Part shown: positions 47,635 through 57,396 of the stretch, piece after piece
Layout of the letters: every line of letters starts with the position of its first letter
Position numbering within the stretch: the stretch's first letter is position 1
NCBI GenBank assembly: GCA_963829525.1
Contig: CAWHIJ010000003.1
Coordinates: 1,376,001-1,440,000 of the forward strand
Direction of reading: 5' to 3'
Length of the DNA: 64,000 bases
From: an uncultured Actinomycetota bacterium
GTDB lineage: Bacteria; Actinomycetota; Actinomycetes; JAHEKZ01
Position numbers and translations under genes: made by a program
The notes under the pieces: model-generated
The model's database searches: none
The model's input: the letters and a program-made list of their open reading frames with translations, nothing else
What the model was told of the DNA's origin: nothing

Positions 47635-48484
47635 TCAGGGAAGGGTGAGAATCTCTGCGCCAGAGTCGGTGACCAAGAGGGTGTGCTCGAACTGGGCGGT
47701 CCGCTTGCGATCGGCGGTCACGACGGTCCAGCCATCGTCCCAGATGTCGTACGCGATGCTGCCGAGCGTCAGCATCGGTTCGATCGTGAAGGTCATGCCC
47801 GACTCCATCATGGTGTCGTAACCAGGGTGGTCATAGTGGGGGATGACCAAGCCAGAGTGAAAGGACGTGCCAATGCCGTGTCCCGTGAAATCGCGAACAA
47901 CGCCGTAGCCGAAGCGCTTTGCATACGCCTCGATAACGCGTCCGATCACATTCACCGGCCGTCCCGGTGCCACAGACTTGATACCGCGCATCATGGCTGA
48001 TTCGGTGCGCTCGACCAACAGACGGGACTCCTCGTCGACGTCCCCCACCAGATACGTCGCGTCGGTGTCGCCGTGGACCCCACCGATGTAGGCAGTGATG
48101 TCGATATTGACGATGTCACCGTCATTGAGCTCGGTGCTGTCGGGGATTCCGTGGCAGATGACCTCGTTGACGGAGGTGCAGAGAGACTTCGGGAAGTTCT
48201 TGTAGCCGAGAGTCGACGGGTAGGCGCCGTGGTCACAGAGGTACTCGTGTCCGATCCGGTCCAGCTCGTCGGTGGTCACCCCCGGGGCGACCGCGCGTCC
48301 CACTTCTTGCAGTGCTCGGGCGGCCAGACCTCCCTGCCACCCGCATGAGCTCGATCGTCTCAGCGTCCTTCACCTCGGGACCGGTGAAGGGTCGCGGCTG
48401 TGGGCGGTCCACGTACTCTGGCCGAGAGATGTGGCCGGGGACCATCCGTCGAGGTGAGACTCGACCGGGCGACAGAAGCGACAT
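47635..48484 (-). CDS. map: Methionine aminopeptidase type I (frameshift near 48330)
   Basis: [34 protein letters not shown]; Pro-rich N-terminus in ORF 48233-48484. Confidence 0.95.
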
Positions 48485-48523
48485 GATGAGATCAGTCTAG
48501 GTGGCTCAACGAGGAGGTGCGTG

Positions 48524-48721
48524 ATGACGGCCGGTGAAGCCCAGCGGTACTGGTGGTGCCTGGATCACCACACGGTGGAGACGAATGAGGGTTGTGCCAA
48601 CTCTGTGCGACTCGGGCCGTTCGACGACTTCGCGACCGCTGCGGATGCGCTGGAGATCGCTCGTCGGCGTACCGAGGCTTGGGACAGCGATCCGAAGTGG
48701 AACGACGAGGCCAAGGGCTGA
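48524..48721 (+). CDS. Small conserved actinobacterial hypothetical protein
   Basis: YWWCL.H..VE...C....RLGPF...A..AL...R.EAWD; SD GAGGAGG. Confidence 0.75.
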   Translation: MTAGEAQRYWWCLDHHTVETNEGCANSVRLGPFDDFATAADALEIARRRTEAWDSDPKWNDEAKG

Positions 48722-48736
48722 GGAGACCTCGAGAGC

Positions 48737-48777
48737 GTTGAAGGCCCCGACACCTTCGAGTGTCGGGGCCTTCAACG
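48737..48777. terminator. Bidirectional hairpin
   Basis: GTTGAAGGCCCCGACAC...GTGTCGGGGCCTTCAAC. Confidence 0.8.
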
Positions 48778-48789
48778 GTTGTGCGTGGG

Positions 48790-49308
48790 TCAGCGCTTGC
48801 GCGCCGTCCGCTTGGTTGCCTTCTTGGCAGTCCGCTTGGCGGGTGCCCGCTTGGCAGGTGCCCTCTTGGCGGTCTTCCTGGTTGCCTTCTTGGCAGTCCG
48901 CTTGGCGGGTGCCTTCTTGGCGGTCTTCCTGGTTGCCTTCTTGGCAGTCCGCTTGGCGGGTGCCTTCTTGGCGGTCTTCCTGGTTGCCTTCTTGGCAGTC
49001 CGCTTGGCGGGTGCCTTCTTGGCGGTCTTCCTGGTTGCCTTCTTGGCAGTCCGCTTGGCGGGTGCCTTCTTGGCGGTCTTCCTGGTTGCCTTCTTGGCAG
49101 TCCGCTTGGCGGGTGCCTTCTTGGCGGTCTTCCTGGTTGCCTTCTTGGCAGTCCGCTTCGCTGGTGCCTTCTTGGCGGTGCGCTTGGCGGTTGCCTTCTT
49201 CGTCGTGCGCTTTGCAGCGGCCCTCTTCGCGGTCGACTTCTTGGTCGTCCGCTTGGCAGCAGTTGAACGCTTTGCTGCCCGCTTGGCCGTGGTGGACTTG
49301 GCAGCCAC
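48790..49308 (-). CDS. Histone H1-like Lys/Ala/Arg-rich repeat protein
   Basis: SD AGGAGG and GTG start; sequence made almost entirely of K/A/R/T/P/S. Confidence 0.85.
   Translation of the reverse strand: MAAKSTTAKRAAKRSTAAKRTTKKSTAKRAAAKRTTKKATAKRTAKKAPAKRTAKKATRKTAKKAPAKRTAKKATRKTAKKAPAKRTAKKATRKTAKKAPAKRTAKKATRKTAKKAPAKRTAKKATRKTAKKAPAKRTAKKATRKTAKRAPAKRAPAKRTAKKATKRTARKR
48866..49174. repeat. Tandem repeat, 51-bp unit, about 6 copies (encodes KKAPAKRTAKKATRKTA)
   Basis: GGTCTTCCTGGTTGCC recurs at 48871, 48922, 48973, 49024, 49075 and 49126. Confidence 0.95.
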
Positions 49309-49529
49309 CTGTGCCTCCTGACGCGTCAGTGTCCGGCCCCTTCGCCGAACGCTTTGGTTGCACAATCCCACCGTCACAGTCGTGACGCCAGCACCGTGCA
49401 TGCAATTGTCCGTTCGTGTCGCGAACGTTGCGACGCACATTCTGTCGGCAACTGCACGATTGCGCGACCCCTACACGCACTTATCTCTGACATCTATGCA
49501 TGAGAGCAACCATTCGTTCAATGCGAATG

Positions 49530-50147
49530 TCACGAGATACGTGGGCCTGCGATGTGCTCGAGAAGCTTCGCCATTCGCTCACGCACCGATGTTGACGAGG
49601 GTGAATGTGCGGCTTCGCCTGCAGCGACACTGACCAAGTGCTGCACACTGTCGAACGAGACGACGTCCAGTTCAGGAACCGCGAGCGCTGTCTCTGCCGC
49701 GGCTGGGACGATGAGGGACTCATGAGCGACACCGTGCAGCTCGTCGTCTCCTGCGTCGAGCGAAAGAACCGTTGCACCCATCTTGCGAGCGTCCCACGCG
49801 CGCTCGAGAAGCATTTCTGGAGCTGACTCCTCGCTGACGACGAAGACTGTCTCGCCTTTACGAGCGGCTTCGAGACGCTCCAATGTCACAGACAGATGAG
49901 AGGGTGCGCCTGGTGGCACCTGGTAACGAACCAGTGTGGGGCTGAGTTGTGGAGTACCTGACAGACGAGACTCGTCATCGAGGTGCGCGGCGAGGTGCCA
50001 TGGCTCAGCCTCCGGGGTCCCGACGAGGAGCAGGCCCCCTGGTTCGGTTGTACGCCGCCGGATGGTTCGCGCGAATCCTTGTGTGCGCTCAACCCATCCG
50101 GAGGACGCGAGCATTTCGCGCAGCACCATCACTCGACTGACATCCAC
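49530..50147 (-). CDS. Conserved actinobacterial hypothetical protein
   Basis: GLLLVGT...EPWHLAAHLDDE, QHLVS.AAGE. Confidence 0.7.
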   Translation of the reverse strand: MDVSRVMVLREMLASSGWVERTQGFARTIRRRTTEPGGLLLVGTPEAEPWHLAAHLDDESRLSGTPQLSPTLVRYQVPPGAPSHLSVTLERLEAARKGETVFVVSEESAPEMLLERAWDARKMGATVLSLDAGDDELHGVAHESLIVPAAAETALAVPELDVVSFDSVQHLVSVAAGEAAHSPSSTSVRERMAKLLEHIAGPRIS

Positions 50148-50227
50148 GCCCCCCATCGTGCCTCAGGATGCCGGGTGCAACCATGCAGGTCATGGATGAG
50201 CGTGTCGGTATCAAGAGTCAAGCGCCG

Positions 50228-50893
50228 ATGTCTGGCAGGCCGAGCATGATCGGGGTGATCGGCGGAACCGGTGCTTTGGGGCGCGGCCTGGCGTCCCGTC
50301 TTGCCGCGGCTGGGCATCAGGTGAGGATCGGTTCCCGCGACCCGAATCGTGCTGAAGAAGCTGCAGCTCTTCTCGACGAACGGATCACGGGAGCCTCCAA
50401 CGCCGAGGTCTGTGCCAGTGACCTGGTCGTCATTGCCGTTCCGTGGCCGGCGCATGAGCAGACGATTATGCAGCTAAGGGATGAGCTCGACGGGCGCATC
50501 GTGATCGACTGCGTGAACCCTCTCGGGTTTGACGAGCGCGGTCCATACGCGCTCACCGTCGACGCTGGGAGCGTCGCCCAGCAGGCGCAACGGCTGCTCC
50601 CGAATAGCACGGTTGTCGGCGCGTTTCACCACGTCTCGGCAGAGCTCCTGCTGGATGGTGGAGATTTGGACACCGATGTGCTCGTGCTCGGAGATGATCG
50701 CGGTGCTGTCGATCAGGTCATAGCACTGGCGGACAGCATCACAGGGCTGCGTGGAGTCTTCGCAGGGCGACTTCGCAACGTCGGGCAGGTGGAGGCCCTC
50801 ACCGCGAACTTGATCGCCGTCAACCGTCGCTATCGGGTGCAGTCTGGGATCAGAGTGGCTGGACTTCCGCCCCTCTCAGGTCCCGCTCACTGA
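50228..50893 (+). CDS. npdG: NADPH-dependent F420 reductase
   Basis: GGTGALGRGLA, IGSR, DCVNPL, VGAFHHVSA, VEALTANLIAVNRRY; start uncertain. Confidence 0.88.
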   Translation: MSGRPSMIGVIGGTGALGRGLASRLAAAGHQVRIGSRDPNRAEEAAALLDERITGASNAEVCASDLVVIAVPWPAHEQTIMQLRDELDGRIVIDCVNPLGFDERGPYALTVDAGSVAQQAQRLLPNSTVVGAFHHVSAELLLDGGDLDTDVLVLGDDRGAVDQVIALADSITGLRGVFAGRLRNVGQVEALTANLIAVNRRYRVQSGIRVAGLPPLSGPAH

Positions 50894-51765
50894 TAAGACT
50901 GCTCAGCTGAGGGGTAGTTGCCGCTCACAACGTCATCAGACCAGGTACGTACCGCATCGGAGATGACCGAGCGGACGTCCCCATAGGAGCGGACGAACTT
51001 CGGGCGCGGGGTAGGCGTAAGTCCGACGAGGTCCTGCCACACGTTCACCTGCGCATCGCAGCCGTTGCCCGCCCCGATCCCAATCGTCGGAATGGAAAGT
51101 GCATCGGTAACGCGCTGTGCCAGCTCAGCGGGCACGACCTCGAGAACGACGGCGAACGCGCCTGCTGCCTCGAGCGACTTGGCGTCTCGCAGTAGTCGCT
51201 CACCCGAGCCGCCGCGTCCCTGGACGCGGTAACCGCCCAGAGCGTTGATCGACTGTGGGGTCAAACCCAGATGACCCATGACGGGGATGCCGGCGCCAAC
51301 CAGTGCCTCAACCTGAGGCACGATTCGCTGGCCGCCCTCGAGTTTGACAGCGTGCGCACCCCCCTCTTTGAGGAATCGGGCAGCCTGAGCAAGTGCTTGG
51401 TCGGGCGAGGCCTGGTAGCTGCCGAACGGCATGTCGGCCACCACCAGAGCACGCTGTGTTGATCTCGCGACGGCGGCGACCAACGGGACCAACTCGTCCA
51501 TGGTGATGGGGATCGTCGTCTCATAGCCGTAGACCACATTGGCTGCGGAGTCTCCGACCAGCAGCACTGGAATGCCGACTTCGTCAAAAAGCCGGGCGGT
51601 CATCGCGTCGTACGCGGTGAGCATCGGCCAACGCTCGCCGCGCTGCTTGGCACTCGCCAAGTCGTGCAGCGTCACACGCCCTGATCTGGTCGCACCGTAG
51701 AGTCGTGGGCTGTCGGCGCCGGTCGATGGACGGTCTGAGCCTGGAGATTGGACGGTGGGGGTCAT
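50887..51765 (-). CDS. panB: 3-methyl-2-oxobutanoate hydroxymethyltransferase
   Basis: MLTAYD, LLVGDS, ADMPFGSY, VKLEGG, GHLGLTPQ, GIGAG. Confidence 0.97.
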   Translation of the reverse strand: MTPTVQSPGSDRPSTGADSPRLYGATRSGRVTLHDLASAKQRGERWPMLTAYDAMTARLFDEVGIPVLLVGDSAANVVYGYETTIPITMDELVPLVAAVARSTQRALVVADMPFGSYQASPDQALAQAARFLKEGGAHAVKLEGGQRIVPQVEALVGAGIPVMGHLGLTPQSINALGGYRVQGRGGSGERLLRDAKSLEAAGAFAVVLEVVPAELAQRVTDALSIPTIGIGAGNGCDAQVNVWQDLVGLTPTPRPKFVRSYGDVRSVISDAVRTWSDDVVSGNYPSAEQSYQ

Positions 51766-51813
51766 CTCGTATCCCTTCGCCTCGAGGCCATGTGTGGTCC
51801 CCGGACTGCTCTC

Positions 51814-53466
51814 ATGGTGACACCACGAGGGGCAGAACCCAAACATCCGGGCAGGGGCGACTTTTGGGACCCGGCTGACCACGGTGGAGAGGGGCACCCC
51901 CGGCGGTGGGCGATCCTTGGGGTGCTCCTGGTGAGCCTGTTGATCGTCGTTCTGGACAACACGGTGCTCAACATTGCTCTCCCCACCATCCAGCGCGACC
52001 TGTCGGCAACGCCGGGAGAGCTCGTCTGGGCCGTAGACGCCTACATCTTGGCCTTTGCGGCGCTGCTCTTCACCTGGGGAGTACTTGGCGACAAGTACGG
52101 GCGCCGGCGCATTCTGCTGATCGGCCTGACTCTCTTTGCCGTCGCTTCAGCCATCTGTGCCTTCTCGGTAAACGCCCACATGCTGATCGCGTTCCGCGCG
52201 GTCATGGGCGTGGGTGGTGCCGCCGTCCTGCCGGTGACGCTCGCGATCATCACCGTGATCTTCCCCCGAGAGGAGCGCGGAAAGGCGATCGGCACTTGGG
52301 CGGGGGCAGTCGGTGGCGCGGTAGCGCTGGGGCCGGTTCTCGGGGGACTTCTGCTCGAGCACCCGGAGTGGTCAGAGTGGCTGACCGGGAACGCCTGGGG
52401 GTCGGTCTTCTTGATCAATGTGCCGATCATCGCGATCGGGATCTTCGGGATCATCCGCGTCGTTCCAGAGACGCGCAACCCCAACCCGCGCCGTCTTGAT
52501 GTCACTGGTCTCGTTGTCTCGGCAGTTGGGTTGTTCTCGCTGGTCTTCGGCATCATCCACGCAAGTGAAGCCGGCACCTGGCTCGATCCGATGGTGTTGG
52601 GCCCCATTGCGGCGGGAGTTGCGATCCTCACGGTCTTTGTCGTGATGGAAGCCCGCAGCGACCATGCGTCATTCGATGTCTCGTTGTTCGGCAGTCGCGG
52701 ATTCTCGGTCAGCCTCGCCGCCATGAGCCTGGCGTTCTTCGCTCTCTCCGGCATCACATTCACGCTGCCATTCTTCCTTCAGGTACTGCGGGGCTACGAC
52801 ACTCTGCAGGCTGGTTTGTGCTTCATCCCGTTCGCCGTTGGACAGCTGCTCGCGGCCCCGCGCAGCGCCACAGTTGTCGCACGCTTCGGCTACCGGCCGG
52901 TCATGACGATCGGGCTGATCGTGGTGGGGGGTGCATGTCTGGGTATCGCTGCCATGGACGTGAAGACACCGCTCTGGGTGATCTTGACGGTGTTCTTCGC
53001 CTTCGGCTTCGGTATGGGTAACGTCATGGCTCCGGCGTCGACGCTGATCCAGAACTCGTTGCCACTGGCGCAGGCAGGAGCGGGCTCCGCTGTCTCCAAC
53101 ACCGTCCGCCAGATTGGCGGCGCCCTCGGAGTGGCCGTTATCGGGACCCTGCTGGCGACGACCTACGCGGCCGCCGCCCGCGAGACTCTCGCGGAACTTC
53201 CCGACCAGGCCCGTGCCACGGCGTCGACGTCGATCGTGGCGACAGACGTGGTTCTCGACGCCGCCATCGACGCCGGCCTTCCGGCAGGACAGGCCGAAGT
53301 ACTCAGGGCCGCTGCCTACCAGGACTTCCTCGATGCAACACAGCTCACTTCGCTGATCTCGGCGGGGATCGTCGCGCTGGCAGCACTGGTCGTGATCCTC
53401 TTCCTTCCCACCATCACGCCGCCTGAGCACGTGAAGCAGAAGGCGGCCGCCGATCCCGGGCCTTAG
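51814..53466 (+). CDS. MFS transporter, DHA2 (14-TM) family
   Basis: LDNTVLNIALP, GVLGDKYGRRR, LGPVLGG, FLINVP. Confidence 0.93.
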   Translation: MVTPRGAEPKHPGRGDFWDPADHGGEGHPRRWAILGVLLVSLLIVVLDNTVLNIALPTIQRDLSATPGELVWAVDAYILAFAALLFTWGVLGDKYGRRRILLIGLTLFAVASAICAFSVNAHMLIAFRAVMGVGGAAVLPVTLAIITVIFPREERGKAIGTWAGAVGGAVALGPVLGGLLLEHPEWSEWLTGNAWGSVFLINVPIIAIGIFGIIRVVPETRNPNPRRLDVTGLVVSAVGLFSLVFGIIHASEAGTWLDPMVLGPIAAGVAILTVFVVMEARSDHASFDVSLFGSRGFSVSLAAMSLAFFALSGITFTLPFFLQVLRGYDTLQAGLCFIPFAVGQLLAAPRSATVVARFGYRPVMTIGLIVVGGACLGIAAMDVKTPLWVILTVFFAFGFGMGNVMAPASTLIQNSLPLAQAGAGSAVSNTVRQIGGALGVAVIGTLLATTYAAAARETLAELPDQARATASTSIVATDVVLDAAIDAGLPAGQAEVLRAAAYQDFLDATQLTSLISAGIVALAALVVILFLPTITPPEHVKQKAAADPGP

Positions 53467-54845
53467 TCGGTACTCGGTGCTCGAGTACCGGCAAGCTGAG
53501 TGAGATACGACTCACGCCAGTCCGCGATCGTCCACCCCCTGAGAACCTCATCGAGTTCTCGCCAACGGCGTCTGCGCTCGGGCAGAGTCATGGTGATCGA
53601 TCGGTGGATTGCCTCGGCCACGCCGTCGACGTCGTGCGGGTTCACGATCACCGCGCTCTCCAGCTCGCGGGCGGCACCGGCGAATGACGACAGAATCAGC
53701 ACACCCGGGTCCTCGGGGTCCTGAGCGGCGACGTACTCCTTGGCGACCAGGTTCATACCGTCTCGCAACGGCGTCACAAGCCCGACTCGGGCAGTGCGGT
53801 AGAAGCCGGCCAGCGTGCTTTGGGTGTAGGTGCGGTTGACATAGCGCAGCGGTACCCAGTCTGCCTCGCTGAACCGGCCGTTGACGGCCCCGGACTGGCG
53901 CTCGAGGTCGGCGCGGATCTGGCGGTACTCCGGAACCTCGCCGCGTGAGGTTGGTGCCACCTGGAGGAAGACGGCCTGGCGACGGTGCTCAGCGTGGCGG
54001 TCGAGAAACCGACCGAAAGCAGCGAACCGATCGTGCAGGCCCTTGGAGTAGTCCAGGCGGTCGACGCCGACGATGAGCCAGCGACCCAACAGCGAGTCAC
54101 GGAGTCGCCGCACGGTCACCTGCTGGGACGCGCGCATGGCTTGCTGGGAGACGAGGTCGCGGTCGATCGAGATCGGGATGCACTTCACCAAGGTGCGCGT
54201 CCCCGACGGCATTGTCACGTGGTCGTCGTAGGTGAGGCTGCCTCCGGCCAGGTTGATGAGGTAGTCAACACACGCCTGTCGGTCTCCCTCGGTCTGGAAC
54301 CCAACCAGGTCGTAGTCAGTGAGCGCCTCCATCAATGCGCGGTGTCCTGGCAGGGCGACAACGAGGTCAGGAGGGGGGAGCGGCGTGTGCAGGAAGAAGC
54401 CGATGCGAGCGCGGACTCCCTCTTCACGCAGCAGCGCTGCGAGAGGCATGAGGTGGTAGTCCTGCACCCACACGAGGTCGTCGTCCTCGATCATCGGGGC
54501 AAGCAGCCTGGCGAAAGACCGGTTGACCCGCTGGTAACCCCGGTATGTGTCGCGTCGGTAATCGACCAGGTCCAGGCGGTAGTGCAGCAGGGGCCACAGC
54601 GTCCGGTTGGCAAACCCGTTGTAGTAGGCGTCGTACTCGGGCCTTGCAAGATCGACAGTGACGTACTTGATGCCGCCTTCGGTCATCTCGGTGGGTGGCC
54701 CGGGGGAGTCGGCAACTTTGCCGGACCAGCCGAACCAGATCCCTCCGTTCTCGGCGAGCGCAGCGTGCATTGCGGCCGCCAGCCCACCCGCCCGTGTCTC
54801 GCGAGGTAGTGCCACCCGATTGGACACGACGATGAGCCTGCTCAT
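53463..54845 (-). CDS. otsA: Trehalose-6-phosphate synthase
   Basis: VVSNR, AGGLA, VWVQDYHL, DRLDYSKG, DGMNLVAKEY. Confidence 0.96.
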   Translation of the reverse strand: MSRLIVVSNRVALPRETRAGGLAAAMHAALAENGGIWFGWSGKVADSPGPPTEMTEGGIKYVTVDLARPEYDAYYNGFANRTLWPLLHYRLDLVDYRRDTYRGYQRVNRSFARLLAPMIEDDDLVWVQDYHLMPLAALLREEGVRARIGFFLHTPLPPPDLVVALPGHRALMEALTDYDLVGFQTEGDRQACVDYLINLAGGSLTYDDHVTMPSGTRTLVKCIPISIDRDLVSQQAMRASQQVTVRRLRDSLLGRWLIVGVDRLDYSKGLHDRFAAFGRFLDRHAEHRRQAVFLQVAPTSRGEVPEYRQIRADLERQSGAVNGRFSEADWVPLRYVNRTYTQSTLAGFYRTARVGLVTPLRDGMNLVAKEYVAAQDPEDPGVLILSSFAGAARELESAVIVNPHDVDGVAEAIHRSITMTLPERRRRWRELDEVLRGWTIADWRESYLTQLAGTRAPSTD

Positions 54846-56629
54846 GAGGCATGCTCCCAGGGGCGGGACAGCCGCATCGCGATCTGGATGATCCCCAACA
54901 TCGAGTATGTCTGCGGGAAGTTGCCCCACAGCTCGCCGGTCTCGGGGTGGAGGTCCTCGGACATCAGGCCGAGGTTGTTGCGCCTGCTCAGAATCTGCTC
55001 GAACAGACTTCGAGCTTCATCGGTACGCCCCACCCGGGCCAGGGCATCGAGGTACCAGAAGGTGCAGAGGTTGAACGACGTACGTGGCTCTCCGAAGTCG
55101 TCGGCATCGACGTATCGGAACAGGTAGTCACCGCGCTTGAGGTGCTTTTCGACAGCTGCCAGCGTTCCGAGGAACCGCTCGTCGTCGGCTGAGACAAAGC
55201 CCAGGTCAGGCAGCACCAGGGTTGAGGCATCGAGCCGGGAACCACCCCATGTCTCCATGAAGGCTCCACGCTCGTTGTCATAGGCCTCATGGATGATTCG
55301 GTCACGCATGAGATCGGCCCGTGAGCGCCAGTGCGCTGCGCGATCTCGAGCACCGAGCTGGATGGCGATCTTGGCCAACCGGTCGGCGGCCACCCAGCAC
55401 ATCACGCTGCTGTAGGTGTGCACCCCCTGGCGGCCCCGGAACTCCCAGAGACCGGCGTCTGGTTGGTCAAAGAGCTCGTAGGCGAGGTCACCCGCTCGCT
55501 CGAGCTGCTCGAATGCTCCCTCGTCGCCAGGAGTTGTCAGTCGCTGGTCGAAGAACAGGTGCGTTGACGCCATGACGACGCTTCCGTAGACATCGTGCTG
55601 TTTCTGCAGGTACGCCTCGTTGCCGCTGCGCACAGGTCCCTGGCCGCGATATCCGGCGAGGTGTGCCTCGATCTGCTCGGTAAGTGCGCGCTCGAAGTGG
55701 ATGCCGTAGACCGGCTGCATCTGCTCAGTCCCCGAGGCCAGCGTGTAGATGTACCCAAGGAAGTCCTCCATACTCTTGGTCGCCCCGAGCTGGTTGAGAG
55801 TTCGCACCACGAAGGCTGCGTCGCGTAGCCAGCAGTAGCGATAGTCCCAGTTGCGGCCGGTGTCTGGCGCTTCCGGTATCGACGTGGTCAGCGCCGCGAC
55901 GATGGCTCCCGTCCCCTCGTACTGACAGAGCTTTAGGGTGATCGCCGCGCGGATCACCGCGTCCTGCCACTCGAAGGGGATCGACAGCGAACGTGACCAC
56001 GACTGCCAGTAGTCGAGCGTTCGATCGTAAGCCTCGCGAGCAAACGCCTCGGCCGACGTCGTCAGACTCTCGTCCGGGCCGAGGATCATGTTGATGGGGC
56101 GGTCGAGGACGAATGGCAACTCGCGTTCGATGTAGGGCACTCGGGTATCAGTCGTCAGTCGAAGAGTCGTCTCCTTCAAGACCCACCGGATGTGGTGGCT
56201 GCCACTCGTTCGTTCGGGGATTCGCCCGCCCCAGTCGGTGAGGGGCCGCACTCGTATCGTGACGCGCGGCCCACCGGAGAGGGGCCGGATGCGGCGCACG
56301 TACATGACCGGGTGGTAGAGGCGGTCCCATCGGTGGAAGCGCGGGGCGAAGTCAGTGATCTCAACGGCGCTGCCGTCCTCGGCGCTGAGCACTGTGACCA
56401 AGACTGCTGTGTTGGGGAGGTAGCGCTGCTCGGTGGAGACCAGACCTTCGAGCTCGACGGCGCACACTCCGTGGCCCTCGGACTCTGGCTGGAGCAGCTC
56501 GCAGAACGTGGGATCAGCCGCCAGATGGGGCAGACAGCCCCAGACGTAGCGACCCTGCGCGTCGACCAGCATGCCGACCGTACCGTTGCCGATCACCGCC
56601 AGGTCGAGGGACTGCTCGGGAGGGGTCAT
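54842..56629 (-). CDS. Glycoside hydrolase family 15 (trehalase-like)
   Basis: IVAALTTSIPE, RNWDYRYCWLRD, GLWEFR, WGNFPQ. Confidence 0.93.
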   Translation of the reverse strand: MTPPEQSLDLAVIGNGTVGMLVDAQGRYVWGCLPHLAADPTFCELLQPESEGHGVCAVELEGLVSTEQRYLPNTAVLVTVLSAEDGSAVEITDFAPRFHRWDRLYHPVMYVRRIRPLSGGPRVTIRVRPLTDWGGRIPERTSGSHHIRWVLKETTLRLTTDTRVPYIERELPFVLDRPINMILGPDESLTTSAEAFAREAYDRTLDYWQSWSRSLSIPFEWQDAVIRAAITLKLCQYEGTGAIVAALTTSIPEAPDTGRNWDYRYCWLRDAAFVVRTLNQLGATKSMEDFLGYIYTLASGTEQMQPVYGIHFERALTEQIEAHLAGYRGQGPVRSGNEAYLQKQHDVYGSVVMASTHLFFDQRLTTPGDEGAFEQLERAGDLAYELFDQPDAGLWEFRGRQGVHTYSSVMCWVAADRLAKIAIQLGARDRAAHWRSRADLMRDRIIHEAYDNERGAFMETWGGSRLDASTLVLPDLGFVSADDERFLGTLAAVEKHLKRGDYLFRYVDADDFGEPRTSFNLCTFWYLDALARVGRTDEARSLFEQILSRRNNLGLMSEDLHPETGELWGNFPQTYSMLGIIQIAMRLSRPWEHAS

Positions 56630-57396
56630 GGGAACACCTCCTCGGGAATCTCGGTCAGCCATCCGCGCACCGACTCCGGATCGGAGATCCGATACTGCGC
56701 GACGGTATCGTCACGCGGACCGACGAGCACCGACATCCCCCCGTGGCGGTGCGCTGCGGCGAAGGCGAACTCATCGGTGTGGTCGTCCCCGACCACCACT
56801 GGGTGGCGACCGAAGAAGGGAGAGCACGTCATCAACTCGTCCAGGGCCAGACCCTTGTCGAACGAGGCTGGTCGAAGTTCTTGCACGTAGGCGCCACGCT
56901 GCACCTCGAGCGCACCGTGGGATGCGGCGGCGACCCGCTCGACCAGTGCCCGTGCGGCCGCTTCGTGCTGGGGAGCCTCGCGGTAGTGCAGCGCCAGGCC
57001 GTATCCCTTGTCCTCGATCCAGCTGCCCGGCAGCTCTGCCGCTCCCTCTGTCAGCGCAGCGCGCGTCAGATGCAGCTGGCTGACGTCTGGTCGGTGCAAC
57101 CGTGTCCCGGCGCCGCCCCTGACCTCGGCGCCGTGTCCTCCGGCAGCGAACGGCTGCCACGGGTCGAAGACTCGATCGATGTCGTGCAAGGGCCTTCCAG
57201 AGATCAGTGCGAGGGCTCCGTCGAGTGCAGTGCTGATCGACTTCAGCAACAAGATCAGGCCCTCGGTTGCCCTGACCAGATCGGGATGCGATTCGAACTC
57301 CAAGAGAGTTCCGTCGATGTCAAGAAAGAGAGCGGTTGGCTGTCGCGAGAGCTCAGCCCACGCGGGTGGGGGAGGCAGGGGCATTGCCGGGTTCAC
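56626..57396 (-). CDS. otsB: Trehalose-6-phosphate phosphatase
   Basis: FLDIDGTL, ISGR, E.K, DKG, GDDHTDE; GTG overlaps the nadE TGA. Confidence 0.93.
   Translation of the reverse strand: MNPAMPLPPPPAWAELSRQPTALFLDIDGTLLEFESHPDLVRATEGLILLLKSISTALDGALALISGRPLHDIDRVFDPWQPFAAGGHGAEVRGGAGTRLHRPDVSQLHLTRAALTEGAAELPGSWIEDKGYGLALHYREAPQHEAAARALVERVAAASHGALEVQRGAYVQELRPASFDKGLALDELMTCSPFFGRHPVVVGDDHTDEFAFAAAHRHGGMSVLVGPRDDTVAQYRISDPESVRGWLTEIPEEVFP

Noticed and set aside
48233-48484. Programmed frameshifting or phase variation in map and other split genes
   Set aside because: No slippery heptamers or long homopolymers at the breaks, and too many unrelated genes are affected; sequencing error is simpler.
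48866-49174. Possible CRISPR array
   Set aside because: Units are contiguous with no unique spacers, are a multiple of 3 long and encode protein; no cas genes in the window.
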